Below are positions 39,695 through 49,864 of a stretch of DNA of 64,000 nt, in pieces. Numbering within the stretch: the stretch's first letter is position 1; each line of letters begins with the position of its first letter. The translations under genes were made by a program, and so were the position numbers. Source of the DNA: an uncultured Planctomycetia bacterium (GTDB taxonomy: Bacteria > Omnitrophota > Gorgyraeia > JABMRG01); the NCBI GenBank assembly GCA_964634945.1, contig CAZWMG010000006.1, forward strand, positions 736 through 64,735, given 5' to 3'. The notes beneath the pieces are model-generated. The model saw only the letters and a list, made by a program, of their open reading frames with translations. It was not told the DNA's origin and ran no database searches.

Positions 39695-40429
39695 TTAAGG
39701 ATTTGTATGTGCCGCGCGCTTCTCTATATACTCTATGACCCCCTCTTGCGTAGCGGGGGAAAGGCCTGTAAAGGCAACGCCCATTCCGGGATAGAGTTCA
39801 GGCTGAAGCATTTTATCAGCGAGCCACATTACAACGCCTTGGAATTCCTTTGGGTCCTGATCTTTTTCAAGCATGATCTCAAGGCGGACATCACTACCCG
39901 GAGGCAGGAGCTGGATGGAACGTATAAAAAGACCTGCGCCGCTTAAATTGCCCATTCTGCCTGAACAGATATGGCCTCCTTTATCAGAACGTGAATATTG
40001 AGCCAGCCTATAAACTATGGGCAAGTCTATATCAAGCCTTAAAAAACGTCGACGCCACTGCTGTTTAAGATCATCTTTCCCCAAAGAATCCACTTTGTTC
40101 GTAAAACTATCGATAGCCTTATCTATGTCAGGGTATATCTCAAAAACATCATCGAGTTTTACTACCCTGAAAATCTCTTCAACATCAAGTATTATGCCGC
40201 ATAATTTCATTATACACTTATTATTTAACGCGTTCTTATAGGTTATAGCCAGTACAGAAAGTCCGTTATAATCTACATGACTAATACCCTTCATATCTAT
40301 GATTATCTTTGAGCTGCCCTTCTCAAGCAAATCACCTACTATCTCTATAAGCTTGGATGAGTTAATATTTATCATGCCCTCTATGTTCAGGACATCGATG
40401 TCATGGAGGCGCTTTACCTTTATCTTCAT
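39695..40429 (-). CDS. STAS plus PilZ domain protein
   Basis: IIIDMKGISHVDYNGL (STAS); RRRFLR and NLSGAG (PilZ). Confidence 0.88.
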   Translation of the reverse strand: MKIKVKRLHDIDVLNIEGMININSSKLIEIVGDLLEKGSSKIIIDMKGISHVDYNGLSVLAITYKNALNNKCIMKLCGIILDVEEIFRVVKLDDVFEIYPDIDKAIDSFTNKVDSLGKDDLKQQWRRRFLRLDIDLPIVYRLAQYSRSDKGGHICSGRMGNLSGAGLFIRSIQLLPPGSDVRLEIMLEKDQDPKEFQGVVMWLADKMLQPELYPGMGVAFTGLSPATQEGVIEYIEKRAAHTNP

Positions 40430-40459
40430 CTCCGACTATTCTCTTTTCTTCTCACCAAT

Positions 40460-40488
40460 AAAAAAGGGGGATAGATATCCCCTTTTTT
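40460..40488. terminator. Intrinsic terminator
   Basis: AAAAAAGGGG...CCCCTTTTTT. Confidence 0.7.
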
Positions 40489-40529
40489 AAAAGCATTATT
40501 TTACCCAATCGAGATTATCCTTAAAAATC

Positions 40530-40904
40530 TTATTCAAACGCCTCTTGGGTTCCTTTTATCGGTGTATTAATACTACCTTCTACCGCAGTATAACCTGTAT
40601 CTACACTTCCCTTGACAGGAACAACAACTACGTCCTTTATCTTCTCAGGCTTACCGGTAACAGTCTCAACCGCGCTAACTCCTGTATTAGTAACTGTTGT
40701 AAGGCCCTGTTCTGTTGTGCGTCCCACTGTTCCTACAGCCTCCTTTGTAATGCTAAAAGGCCACTTCACAAGATCCTTTAAAAACTTTACCGCCTTGTTC
40801 TCCTGCTGCACCTGTTCCTGCTGGGCAAGCGCCCCGCTTACGCAACAGATAGATGCCGCTACAACTAAAATTACAACACAGCATATGCTACCATATCTCT
40901 TCAT
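40530..40904 (-). CDS. Exported hypothetical protein, loosely TIGR04073-like
   Basis: Signal peptide; Thr/Gly/Val-rich amphipathic helices. Confidence 0.6.
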   Translation of the reverse strand: MKRYGSICCVVILVVAASICCVSGALAQQEQVQQENKAVKFLKDLVKWPFSITKEAVGTVGRTTEQGLTTVTNTGVSAVETVTGKPEKIKDVVVVPVKGSVDTGYTAVEGSINTPIKGTQEAFE

Positions 40905-40980
40905 ATCGCTTCACCTCTCTTTTTATATATATTAGTCTATATAAACATTCAGCGCAAGCAAAAAATCAAGGATGTGTCAA

Positions 40981-41403
40981 TTATCCGCGCTCGCCTGATC
41001 GATAAATGGTATCACATAAAAACTTCAAAAACGTATTCTTATTATCTTCTTCTATGTCTGTAAAAGCGACACCGCAATTATACATACCTTTCTTATTAGC
41101 AGGGACGGTCCAGACTACCTTGCCATTACAATGAATAGGGTTTGGCGCCTCCGGAGCATACATATCGATCGCCGTATCAGTACCAAAGGTGAGTTTCCTA
41201 TCAACATTTACCATCATGCCGCTGGCACTTACATTTTTCACATGCGCCTTTATTTTTTCAATGCGGCCTTTTTTCTTTATGCTGAATATGGCAGGCACTA
41301 AGACATCTATGCGTATATAGTAGCGCTGTTCCTTGTCACCTGTCTGACGGCTGCTCTTTCTCTTTTCCTTTAGAGAATTTTTAGTATTTTTAATTTTTAC
41401 CAC
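40981..41403 (-). CDS. PilZ domain protein
   Basis: EQRYYIR, NVSASG, GKVVW, GVAF. Confidence 0.88.
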   Translation of the reverse strand: MVKIKNTKNSLKEKRKSSRQTGDKEQRYYIRIDVLVPAIFSIKKKGRIEKIKAHVKNVSASGMMVNVDRKLTFGTDTAIDMYAPEAPNPIHCNGKVVWTVPANKKGMYNCGVAFTDIEEDNKNTFLKFLCDTIYRSGERG

Positions 41404-41505
41404 TTCACATACCCCTTGAAAAAAAACGAAGAAATATCATTTGTATCTATCAATAAGATATTTACTTCGCTTTTCACAGTATTTAAATATTTTACTCGTT
41501 AAACC

Positions 41506-41859
41506 CTATTTTTCCTCAAATACGAACTCAGGTTGCAATATAGGGCTGTAGTCCTGTGGCATTGGAAAGAGGAATGTTACTGTATCATACGCGCCGGCGC
41601 CTGTTCTTACTACCGCCATGCCAAGGCCCTTTAATGTGCCGTATGTTATACCCATTAAAGGGTTATTGGTATCTACGCTGGTATCATATATATTCATAGG
41701 TAACTCTACCCAACCGGTTACTATATTGACAATACCTCTGCCTAGTTTCTTGCCCATCTTCTCTACAACGCTACCTTCTTCGGCAAATACCGGTAAAGCT
41801 ATCGCCGCAACGCATAACACTACCAAACATGTTATTAATGACCTTGTACCTCTTCTCAT
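41506..41859 (-). CDS. Exosortase system-associated protein, TIGR04073 family
   Basis: KLGRGIVNIVTGWVELP ... RTGAGAYDTVTF.FP ... PEFVF. Confidence 0.85.
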   Translation of the reverse strand: MRRGTRSLITCLVVLCVAAIALPVFAEEGSVVEKMGKKLGRGIVNIVTGWVELPMNIYDTSVDTNNPLMGITYGTLKGLGMAVVRTGAGAYDTVTFLFPMPQDYSPILQPEFVFEEK

Positions 41860-41999
41860 GTCTCTTCCTTTTTTTTAAAATGACTTATATCTCTTGTATT
41901 TTAGTTTAACAACAGAGAAAGCTTTTGTCAAGGCAAAAACCTCCCCTTATAAAAATTGCAACACGACAAATAACTACAAAATCGCTGTTTATAATGATA

Positions 42000-42755
42000 T
42001 CAAATAACCTTATTTCTCAACTGCCCTATATGCTCTATATCAACTACAACGTTATCACCTCTTTGGAGTTCTCCTACGCCCTTAGGTGTGCCTGTGGTTA
42101 TAATATCACCGGGCAGAAGAGTCATTATCCGCGAAATAAAAGAGACAAGATATCCAATATTAAAGATCATATTAGATGTAGGCGAAGATTGGCGCATCTG
42201 GTCATTGACATATAACCTTACTAAAAGATCGGATGGATCTATGCCTGTAACAATGTATGGGCCTACGGGAGCGAAGGTATCAAATGACTTTGCCCTTGTC
42301 CACTGTATATCTTTTTTCTGAAGATCGCGTGCGGTAACGTCATTAAGGCACGTATATCCTAGTATATAATCAGAGATCGACTCCTGCTTAACAGCCTTTG
42401 CTTTTCTTTTTATAACAATAGCCAGTTCCGCCTCGTAATCGAGCCTGGCAATTGACTCAGGATAGATTATATCATCTTCAGGCCCTATAACCGCGGTAGA
42501 GGGCTTTAAAAATAACGTAGGATCCTTGGGCAGATCCATGTTAAGTTCCTTAGCGTGGTCCTTATAATTTAAACCGGCGCATACTATCTTTGAAGGTATG
42601 ACCGGCGCCAGGAGCTTGACCTTATCCACGGAGAGTACCGTATCAGTAAACTGAAATTCATCCGCAAAGATGGAATTCCTAAGAATTCTTATATTGTCAC
42701 CTTCCAGCGCGCCAAAACATATCTTGTTATCATGCTTTATTCTTGCTATTTTCAT
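42000..42755 (-). CDS. Fumarylacetoacetate hydrolase family protein
   Basis: KIVCAGLNY.DH, DYEAEL, NDVTARD, KSFDTF, TGTP.GVG. Confidence 0.93.
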   Translation of the reverse strand: MKIARIKHDNKICFGALEGDNIRILRNSIFADEFQFTDTVLSVDKVKLLAPVIPSKIVCAGLNYKDHAKELNMDLPKDPTLFLKPSTAVIGPEDDIIYPESIARLDYEAELAIVIKRKAKAVKQESISDYILGYTCLNDVTARDLQKKDIQWTRAKSFDTFAPVGPYIVTGIDPSDLLVRLYVNDQMRQSSPTSNMIFNIGYLVSFISRIMTLLPGDIITTGTPKGVGELQRGDNVVVDIEHIGQLRNKVI

Positions 42756-42764
42756 ATAAAATAC

Positions 42765-43541
42765 CTACACTTGGAACCTCTTCATATATTCTATATCCAT
42801 TAATAGGTCCTTGTTTGAATGTGGTTCAATTGTTATGACAGGCTTTTCCTTATAAGTATCTATCTCCGCTAAAAAAGGCTCGATATCTAAGGAACCTTCT
42901 CCCAGCACAAGATGCTGATCCTCTTTTTCGTCATTATCCGATAGATGAACCTCGCCTATAGAACCCTTTGGATACATTCTCAAGAGATCTTGCCAGTTCT
43001 CTTTTCCAAATATAGAGTAATGCGCCAGATCAAAACATGCCTTAAATAGTGGATATTCCCTCAATATCGCGATAATCGGCTCCGGGGAGTCATCCTCTGA
43101 GTTCTCTATATATACTACTATATTGTGCTTTTGAGCAACCGCGTTTACATTGGACCAGACCATCTTTGAAAAGTTGAACCATTCATCAAAACGCCTTTTA
43201 TGGTAAACCGGGTCATAATGGCTATGAAGAACAATATCATTGCATCCTAATCCAACACATAGCCTGAGCGCCTCTAAGATGCGTTCCTGCGATAATGCCC
43301 TTACCTTCTTATCTGAGCTGCCCGGGCATATATCCATAAAAGGGCCGTGGATCCTGATTAAGACGCCCATTTCCTTGAAGCCGTTCTTAACGCGTTCTAT
43401 ATCCCGCTGTTTATGGTCATCAATAAACGCGGAATTTATATATAACTCGCAATTTACTTTTAAGTCTAGATAATCATCAAGGCCATCAAGCAGCCTGTAA
43501 ATAGGCATATGAAAATAAAGCCTTTGTGGTGATATATTCAT
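42765..43541 (-). CDS. Sugar phosphate isomerase/epimerase (AP endonuclease 2-like TIM barrel)
   Basis: HGPF.D, IEN, CFDLAH, HLSDN, D.H...GEG, TIE. Confidence 0.85.
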   Translation of the reverse strand: MNISPQRLYFHMPIYRLLDGLDDYLDLKVNCELYINSAFIDDHKQRDIERVKNGFKEMGVLIRIHGPFMDICPGSSDKKVRALSQERILEALRLCVGLGCNDIVLHSHYDPVYHKRRFDEWFNFSKMVWSNVNAVAQKHNIVVYIENSEDDSPEPIIAILREYPLFKACFDLAHYSIFGKENWQDLLRMYPKGSIGEVHLSDNDEKEDQHLVLGEGSLDIEPFLAEIDTYKEKPVITIEPHSNKDLLMDIEYMKRFQV

Positions 43542-44080
43542 TTTTTGCTTTCTCTCTGGTGCATAAAGTTATCTCGAATCCGAGTAAATATACTTATATA
43601 TTCATCTGTCCTGTAATCCGGATAGGTGTAATCACAGGGCATAAATCGTTTCTTACGAAACGAGAGAGTAATCTCAGCGTATATACCTTGATCTATATAT
43701 ATCCTGTGGCTATAATCCTTTGTTGATGCCAGAACGAGCTTTGCCGCTGTAATATAACCGGGGTCTATATTAACCGGCCGCTTAAGCTTGCCCTTCATGG
43801 ACCGCGCTAAACGAGCCTCCATATTATTAGTTTTAATCTTTATTGAGGCAAGGCGCGCGGGATCTACAAGCTTATCAAAACTTAAAAATACCCTAAAGAG
43901 GTCTCTGCCTGTATATTTAGCGTAATAAGGCGTACAATCAAAATCGATCATACCGCTCTTGTAATCCAGCCTGCCAAATGCCTTCACCAGTTGTTTTTCC
44001 GCTTGATTGAAAAGAGATTGAGATGAAGAGATAATTCCTGTTATCAGTTTAACGGGGTGGGGTTTTTTAAGCGTACCCAT
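43538..44080 (-). CDS. DUF4416 family protein
   Basis: RPVNIDPGY ... LASTK...HRIY...GIYAE ... TYPDY. Confidence 0.9.
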   Translation of the reverse strand: MGTLKKPHPVKLITGIISSSQSLFNQAEKQLVKAFGRLDYKSGMIDFDCTPYYAKYTGRDLFRVFLSFDKLVDPARLASIKIKTNNMEARLARSMKGKLKRPVNIDPGYITAAKLVLASTKDYSHRIYIDQGIYAEITLSFRKKRFMPCDYTYPDYRTDEYISIFTRIRDNFMHQRESKK

Positions 44081-44084
44081 GAAA

Positions 44085-44657
44085 TCAGAGTCTCTTGACT
44101 TCCCAGACTTCTCTATCTAGTATATGGGCGATATTGTCTATTTCTTTAATAGCGTGATCGATTACTTTTTTAAAATGCAGTGCGTGAATATGGGACTGTT
44201 CCATATCATAAAGTTTTCCACCCATCTCCTTAAGTATATGGTACATCTTCTTAAGCTCAAGCGCCTGCCGGTAATTGCGAAATTTGTTTTTAAGAAAATC
44301 TTTTATCTTTTTACTGTCGCCTCTTTTTATCTTTGTTATGGCGATGCCCATGCCCGGATAATATCCTACCTGCGTTTTCTTGGCAATCCAGGCAACCTGC
44401 CCCTCTAATGTGACATAACCTGAAGCGTCAGGCAGAGGCAATTTTATCTTTAACTCAGTATTAATGGGGAGAGGTTTTTGCATCTTGACAAAGAAGCCTT
44501 TCTGCGTCATATCCTTTGCCTCAAGAAAATAAGCACTCAAGGTATGATGGGTCTTCTTATCGAGCCTATAAACCTTGACCTGTGAACTGACCGCAAGTCT
44601 CTTCGCGTCTCTCCTGTCAACCTTATCAATATTATTTGAAGTGGTTTTTTTTATCAT
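44085..44657 (-). CDS. PilZ domain protein with C-terminal helical extension
   Basis: DRRDAKR, DMTQKG.F, GQVAW, PGMGI. Confidence 0.8.
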   Translation of the reverse strand: MIKKTTSNNIDKVDRRDAKRLAVSSQVKVYRLDKKTHHTLSAYFLEAKDMTQKGFFVKMQKPLPINTELKIKLPLPDASGYVTLEGQVAWIAKKTQVGYYPGMGIAITKIKRGDSKKIKDFLKNKFRNYRQALELKKMYHILKEMGGKLYDMEQSHIHALHFKKVIDHAIKEIDNIAHILDREVWEVKRL

Positions 44658-44659
44658 AT

Positions 44660-45067
44660 CTATTTTTTAGTTGGCATAACCTTATCAATAACCAAGGGGT
44701 ATCTTACCTTAAGTTGATCATTTAAAAGCACCTCTACCGCGTACTCTCCCGGGTCATTAAAGCGTATATTATTAAAACGAGCCACGATACGGTGTTTTGC
44801 CTTTATACTAGTAAGGTTAAACTCCGTCTCTTTATCCTCTATCAGCTTGGTATTTCCAGGGGCGACTATCCTGGTCTTTTGCGTGAAATCTCCCACGCCG
44901 CTGCACCAACAGTTCATAACAAATAGCGCCGGATGCATAACGGGAAACGAGGCTGCCCCTATAGTCTCAAAGAGTCCTATAAGCATAAATTTACCGTTAT
45001 CCTCGCGCCTGACATCATCACAGAGGATTGAAAAAAGTAAAGTTGGTTCTATCTGTCCATCTTTCAT
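44660..45067 (-). CDS. Conserved hypothetical protein (DUF6941-like)
   Basis: LCDDVRREDNGKF.LIGLF ... F..PGEY.VEV. Confidence 0.7.
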   Translation of the reverse strand: MKDGQIEPTLLFSILCDDVRREDNGKFMLIGLFETIGAASFPVMHPALFVMNCWCSGVGDFTQKTRIVAPGNTKLIEDKETEFNLTSIKAKHRIVARFNNIRFNDPGEYAVEVLLNDQLKVRYPLVIDKVMPTKK

Positions 45068-45201
45068 ATTGCAATAATTATATCAATTATACGCCCTATC
45101 CGCAAGTAAAAACAAAAATTGCCCCCATCTATTTAGCCATGTATCTTTTTTAACTTTACAAAGACAACCAAAGCCATATATAATAGGTAAAAGGTAAAAT
45201 T

Positions 45202-46020
45202 ATGTATAAAGCATTCTATAATCTAAATGAAAACCCCTTTAACGTGACAAGTGACCCGCATTTTCTATATATGAGCAAACGCCACAAAGAGGCGCTTGCT
45301 TCTCTTGTATACGGTATAGAAGGGCGCAAAGGTTTTATAGAGATAACTGGCGAGATAGGAACGGGAAAAACCACCCTATGTAGGGCACTGCTTAAAAAAC
45401 TCACCTCCAGAACAAAGACAGCTTTTATACTCAACCCCCGCCTTTCAGGGATACAATTTATGAGGGCCGTCATAGATGACTTTGGTATAATCGTAAAGAG
45501 CAACACTAAAGTCGAGATGATAAAGGCGCTGAATCAATTTCTGATAGAACAGCTTCGTGAAGGCAATAACGTAGTCCTTATAGTTGATGAGTCACAAAAT
45601 CTGAGCAAGCCGCTATTGGAAGAGATAAGGCTCTTGTCAAACCTTGAGACCGAAAAAGAGAAACTCTTGCAGATTGTGCTTGTGGGCCAGCCCGAACTTA
45701 AGGTAAAACTATCTTCTCCTGAGCTGGCGCAATTAAGGCAAAGGATAGCTGTAAGATATCATATCCTTCCTATTGAAAAATCTGACATAGAAAACTATAT
45801 CAGCCGCAGGCTTGAAGTTGCCGGCGCGAAACCCAACAGCATAACCTGGAGTGACGACGCCATAGATGAACTATACAACTATTCAAAAGGAGTTCCCAGG
45901 CTTATGAATGTAGTCTGTGACAGAAGCATGCTCTTAGGCTATGTGCAAGAGATAAAAGACTTTCGTGGAAATACAATCATAAGGGCTATCTCTGAAATAG
46001 AAAATACGGTGCTCCAATGA
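45202..46020 (+). CDS. ExeA/GspA-like AAA ATPase
   Basis: NPF..T.DP.FLY.S..H.EAL, GEIGTGKTT, LIVDESQ, LVGQPEL, QLRQRI, GVPRL.N. Confidence 0.92.
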   Translation: MYKAFYNLNENPFNVTSDPHFLYMSKRHKEALASLVYGIEGRKGFIEITGEIGTGKTTLCRALLKKLTSRTKTAFILNPRLSGIQFMRAVIDDFGIIVKSNTKVEMIKALNQFLIEQLREGNNVVLIVDESQNLSKPLLEEIRLLSNLETEKEKLLQIVLVGQPELKVKLSSPELAQLRQRIAVRYHILPIEKSDIENYISRRLEVAGAKPNSITWSDDAIDELYNYSKGVPRLMNVVCDRSMLLGYVQEIKDFRGNTIIRAISEIENTVLQ

Positions 46021-46565
46021 GTATTATAAACGACGCGTTAAACAAGGCGATCCAGGAAAAAGATGTAAAGCCGGAGACTAAAAGCAAAACACCTCCCGCA
46101 TCCGGGCCCACAGCTCTTAACGAGACTCTGAATAAAGAATCCTCTCAAGAAAACAATGCAAATAATAAAGAGCCCTCTAAGACAAAAAGCCTCAAGTTCC
46201 ATTTGCTTGTCTATATTATCAGCCTCTTTGCAATTGCACTCATCGGATTCGCGATATTTAAATATGTCAACACCTATAATTACCGCTCTGAGATGGTATC
46301 CATATCAGAGGCTGATAAGGCATCTGGTCTATCTGTTATAACCACCGGTAAAAAGCGCGCTGAGGCCTCTCCATATACCGGAAGCGATGCATCGGGATTC
46401 TTATTAACCGGCATTATTCATGGAGAAGGCGCTTCTATGGCTATTATAAATGGTTCTGTCTATATGGCGGGTGATATAGTAGGCTCCGCGAAGATCGCGA
46501 AGATAAATGAGAATACGGTTATTGTTGAAGATGGCTCGAGAGTGCTGGAACTGAAGGTTAAGTAG
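46017..46565 (+). CDS. ExeB/GspB-like protein
   Basis: MSIINDALNKA, one TM helix, LTGI...AIING..Y..GD; coupled to the ATPase. Confidence 0.75.
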   Translation: MSIINDALNKAIQEKDVKPETKSKTPPASGPTALNETLNKESSQENNANNKEPSKTKSLKFHLLVYIISLFAIALIGFAIFKYVNTYNYRSEMVSISEADKASGLSVITTGKKRAEASPYTGSDASGFLLTGIIHGEGASMAIINGSVYMAGDIVGSAKIAKINENTVIVEDGSRVLELKVK

Positions 46566-46573
46566 GTCCTTTT

Positions 46574-48058
46574 CTAAAAATTCTTCCTGATTACCTTAAG
46601 AAACGCCTTTACAACAACAGGGTCAAACTGTGAACCGCTATTTGCCTTTATCTCCTTAATGGCTTTATCTTTGCGTATAGCTTTCCTGTAGGGCCTGTTT
46701 GATGTCATGGCTTCATAAGCATCCGCTACAGCTATGATCCTTGACTCAATAGGTATCTGCTGTCCTTTTAAGCCGTCTATGTAACCTTTTCCATCAAAAC
46801 GTTCATGTTCATGATAAACCACCGGTATAATATGCTTTAAGCGCGGGAGATGCTTAAGTATGGCAACCGCGTGCAGAGGATGCCTCTCTATTATCTCCCA
46901 CTCCTTATCCGTAAGTTTACCGGGCTTAAGCAGGACCCTGTCAGGTATGCCGATCTTTCCTATATCATGAAGCATGCTGGAAAGTCGGGTCTTTTCTATG
47001 GCCTCCTCTGAAAGCCTTAAGGCTTTTGCCAATGCAAGCGCGATCTTAGCTACTCTGCGGGAATGGCCATGTGTATAATGGTCGCGGGCGTCTATGGCCG
47101 CTGCTAACGATATAATGCTGCCCTCGTATAAAGCGTGGACCTCCTCAAAAAGCCGGCAATTGCTTATCGCTGTGCCTGCCTCATAAGCAAGAATTGACAA
47201 CAACTCAGCGTCCTCTTTATCAAATAATGGCTTATTGTGACGCTTAGCTAGATTTAAGACCCCTAAGACAGCGCCATCTGCCATAAGAGGTATGCTGAGA
47301 GCTGATTTTATGCCTAACCCACGCAGAAACTTCTTTGTATAGGCCGGTATCTTATAACCCTTGCTTATAACTATAGGCTTCGCGGTCTTGGCGACTTTTC
47401 CCGATATGCCGTGGCCGAGCCTTATTCGGGTATTAGTAGTTATCTTCTTAGGTATACCTAAAGAACTTTTTATGTGTAAATAACCATCTCTTTCTAAGAG
47501 CATAAGAGATGCCCTGTCAGAATTACTTTCAATAACAGCCGCCTCAAGAATAAGGTCACATAACTTATCCTGATTATTAACACTTATGAGTTTTTTGCCG
47601 TACTTCATTATAGTCTCAAGCCTCGCAAAATCTCTTCTCTTATATAAACCGGAGAAGCAGATAATAGAGCGGTCTATCTGGCTGACTATAAGATCTATGC
47701 TTGCTCTTCTCTTTTTAATCTCATCCACATACTTATTTGAGAGTAACTCGATAAGTATGCCGCGTAATATCATAAGCCCTTCTATGGCATCCGCGGCACT
47801 GGAGGCGCTTAGATAATCCTTAAATACAAGTTTCTTTATTATCAATTCACAGGATTTTGAATTCGGCTTTTCTATATCAGCGGCAAAGGCCTTTATATAC
47901 GCGTTCATTCCGCTGGCATGGACTTTTTTGGGGATTATATCTCTGTCTCTTTGATAGCCGGATATATTAAATATGGAGGAGGACCAGCGTTTTACTATAA
48001 CGCTGGTATTGCTTTTTAAGAATTGCGATATCTCTTTTCTTACCAACCTATTATGCAT
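46574..48058 (-). CDS. GAF plus HD-GYP phosphodiesterase
   Basis: DARDHYTHGHSRRV, LHDIGKIG, HERFDGKGY, ADAYEAMTSNRPYR. Confidence 0.92.
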   Translation of the reverse strand: MHNRLVRKEISQFLKSNTSVIVKRWSSSIFNISGYQRDRDIIPKKVHASGMNAYIKAFAADIEKPNSKSCELIIKKLVFKDYLSASSAADAIEGLMILRGILIELLSNKYVDEIKKRRASIDLIVSQIDRSIICFSGLYKRRDFARLETIMKYGKKLISVNNQDKLCDLILEAAVIESNSDRASLMLLERDGYLHIKSSLGIPKKITTNTRIRLGHGISGKVAKTAKPIVISKGYKIPAYTKKFLRGLGIKSALSIPLMADGAVLGVLNLAKRHNKPLFDKEDAELLSILAYEAGTAISNCRLFEEVHALYEGSIISLAAAIDARDHYTHGHSRRVAKIALALAKALRLSEEAIEKTRLSSMLHDIGKIGIPDRVLLKPGKLTDKEWEIIERHPLHAVAILKHLPRLKHIIPVVYHEHERFDGKGYIDGLKGQQIPIESRIIAVADAYEAMTSNRPYRKAIRKDKAIKEIKANSGSQFDPVVVKAFLKVIRKNF

Positions 48059-48061
48059 ATA

Positions 48062-48724
48062 TTATTTTGGCATATTAGCAACAAAGCTATCTTTTATGCC
48101 CTCTCTCTTCTTTAATCTTTGAGCTAAATCGCTTGCTTTATTTCTATCGGCAAAACTGCCTGCGTATATTGTAAATTTATCTTTACCTGATGAATAAAAC
48201 GACTTATGAATAAAAGACTTATAGCCTTTCGCGTCCAGATCAGATCTTAGTTTTTCCGCGTCAGCAAGTTTGGCTGATACCGCGACCTGGACAGCGTAAT
48301 TGATCTTTCCTGTATTTCTGGCGCTAGCCCTAACCTTGGGCCTTGGCTGTCTTGCCTTATTATAAAAAATCTTTCTGATAACAGTCGCCGCAAGCAATAT
48401 GATAAAAAAAGCTATGACCGAAGATATAATTATAAGGCGTATCTTTTTCGCGCTTATGCCTTTTAACCTATCCAATCTTCTCTTGGCCTGCTCAAGCTCT
48501 ACTCTAAGCTCTGCTAATTCACCGCATATCTTTGATCTGTCTTGGTTAGAATCCTTATCTGAATCCAAGATCTCTTTTTGTATGCTCTTCTCCCTTTTCG
48601 ATAAGGCTCCTCCAAGAGCATCTGTGGATATCCCTACAGCGCTCCCGTATAACCTGTTCCTGATATCTTCTTCGGTTAAAGCGTTGAGTACGGGACTTTT
48701 TCTGGACTTAAAATTAAAAGCCAT
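48062..48724 (-). CDS. SPOR domain membrane protein
   Basis: TM helix, then YAVQVA ... L..KGY ... GSF. Confidence 0.8.
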   Translation of the reverse strand: MAFNFKSRKSPVLNALTEEDIRNRLYGSAVGISTDALGGALSKREKSIQKEILDSDKDSNQDRSKICGELAELRVELEQAKRRLDRLKGISAKKIRLIIISSVIAFFIILLAATVIRKIFYNKARQPRPKVRASARNTGKINYAVQVAVSAKLADAEKLRSDLDAKGYKSFIHKSFYSSGKDKFTIYAGSFADRNKASDLAQRLKKREGIKDSFVANMPK

Positions 48725-49117
48725 CTATGACAATACCTCTCTTAATGTTTGCGGCATGCGCTTAGGCTTGCCTGTCTTATCTGTAAAAACATGGACTGTC
48801 TCCGCTTCTGTCAATACATCCTTACCACGCGTCACCTTATAGGCAAAGGTAATACTGCTGTTTCCCAATTTAGTCACGCTGCAGGCTATATCAATAAGGT
48901 CATCATATCGCGCCGGCGATTTATAGCGGCACCTAACCTCCGAAACCATAAGGCGCAATCCTAGTTCCTCTTCTATGCCTCTATATGTATGGCCGATATC
49001 TCTTAAGAGTTCGGCCCTAGCCACTTCAAACCATACCAAATAGTTGGAATAATAGACAACCCCCATCTGGTCTGTCTCTTTGTAGCGAGCCCTCAATCTA
49101 GTTGTATATTCAATCAT
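48725..49117 (-). CDS. Acyl-CoA thioesterase (YbgC/FadM family)
   Basis: RYKETDQMGVVYYSNYLVWFEVAR, PARYDD. Confidence 0.92.
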   Translation of the reverse strand: MIEYTTRLRARYKETDQMGVVYYSNYLVWFEVARAELLRDIGHTYRGIEEELGLRLMVSEVRCRYKSPARYDDLIDIACSVTKLGNSSITFAYKVTRGKDVLTEAETVHVFTDKTGKPKRMPQTLREVLS

Positions 49118-49138
49118 ACTATATTTTTATAAATTAAA

Positions 49139-49360
49139 CGCTATCCTATTCACATATTCGGATTTAGTATTAAGTTGTAAGCATTAAGCAACAAGCCTAA
49201 TCCTTAAATTCTAAATCCTAAGTTCTAAACTCTAAACAATATTAAATTACCAAAATCCAAATGTTCAAAAAAAAGTTTTGAATTCTAGAAATTAGAATTT
49301 TGAATTTGTTTAGGATTTAGATATTAGAGTTTAGGATTTATTATTTACCTCTTTTCCTTT
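49139..49360. repeat. Heptamer-periodic hairpin element, copy 2
   Basis: Near-identical inverted copy of 51355-51578. Confidence 0.92.
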
Positions 49361-49402
49361 TCCTTCACCTTTACCTAGTATCTTGTATCTAGCATCCAGT
49401 AT

Positions 49403-49864
49403 CTAGTGTATCTTATAATGAAGTAGAACTATCTCTATATCATTAAAAGGAAATCGCTCTTTTTCAACAAAGCCTTTCTTCTCCTGCAAAAGCTTAATAG
49501 CCGCCTCCATCCTTGATGTTGCTCTGAAAACCACTTGTTTGTATCCGTTCATCTTACAAAAATCCAGGGCAGTGTCAACTAGCATAGATCCTATCTGCCT
49601 GCCCCTGTGGCTTGAATGAACAAATAATCTCCTCAAGAGAGCCGTAGAATCACTATCCTCTTTGATGCCGATAGTGCCTATCACTTCATCATCTTCCTGT
49701 ACCACTAAAAACTTTTCTCTTAGGGCTCCATACGCGTCTGATATGCTCTTTAAGTCCCCATACTGATATGCCTTCTCCTCAACAGGGTACTCTTTATTCA
49801 TAATCGAGCTGATCAGAGACTTAACGCTTGATATATCTGTTGGGTGAAATGATCTTATCTCCAT
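49403..49864 (-). CDS. GNAT family N-acetyltransferase
   Basis: LRRLFVHSSHRGRQIGS, A..L...KGF. Confidence 0.9.
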   Translation of the reverse strand: MEIRSFHPTDISSVKSLISSIMNKEYPVEEKAYQYGDLKSISDAYGALREKFLVVQEDDEVIGTIGIKEDSDSTALLRRLFVHSSHRGRQIGSMLVDTALDFCKMNGYKQVVFRATSRMEAAIKLLQEKKGFVEKERFPFNDIEIVLLHYKIH

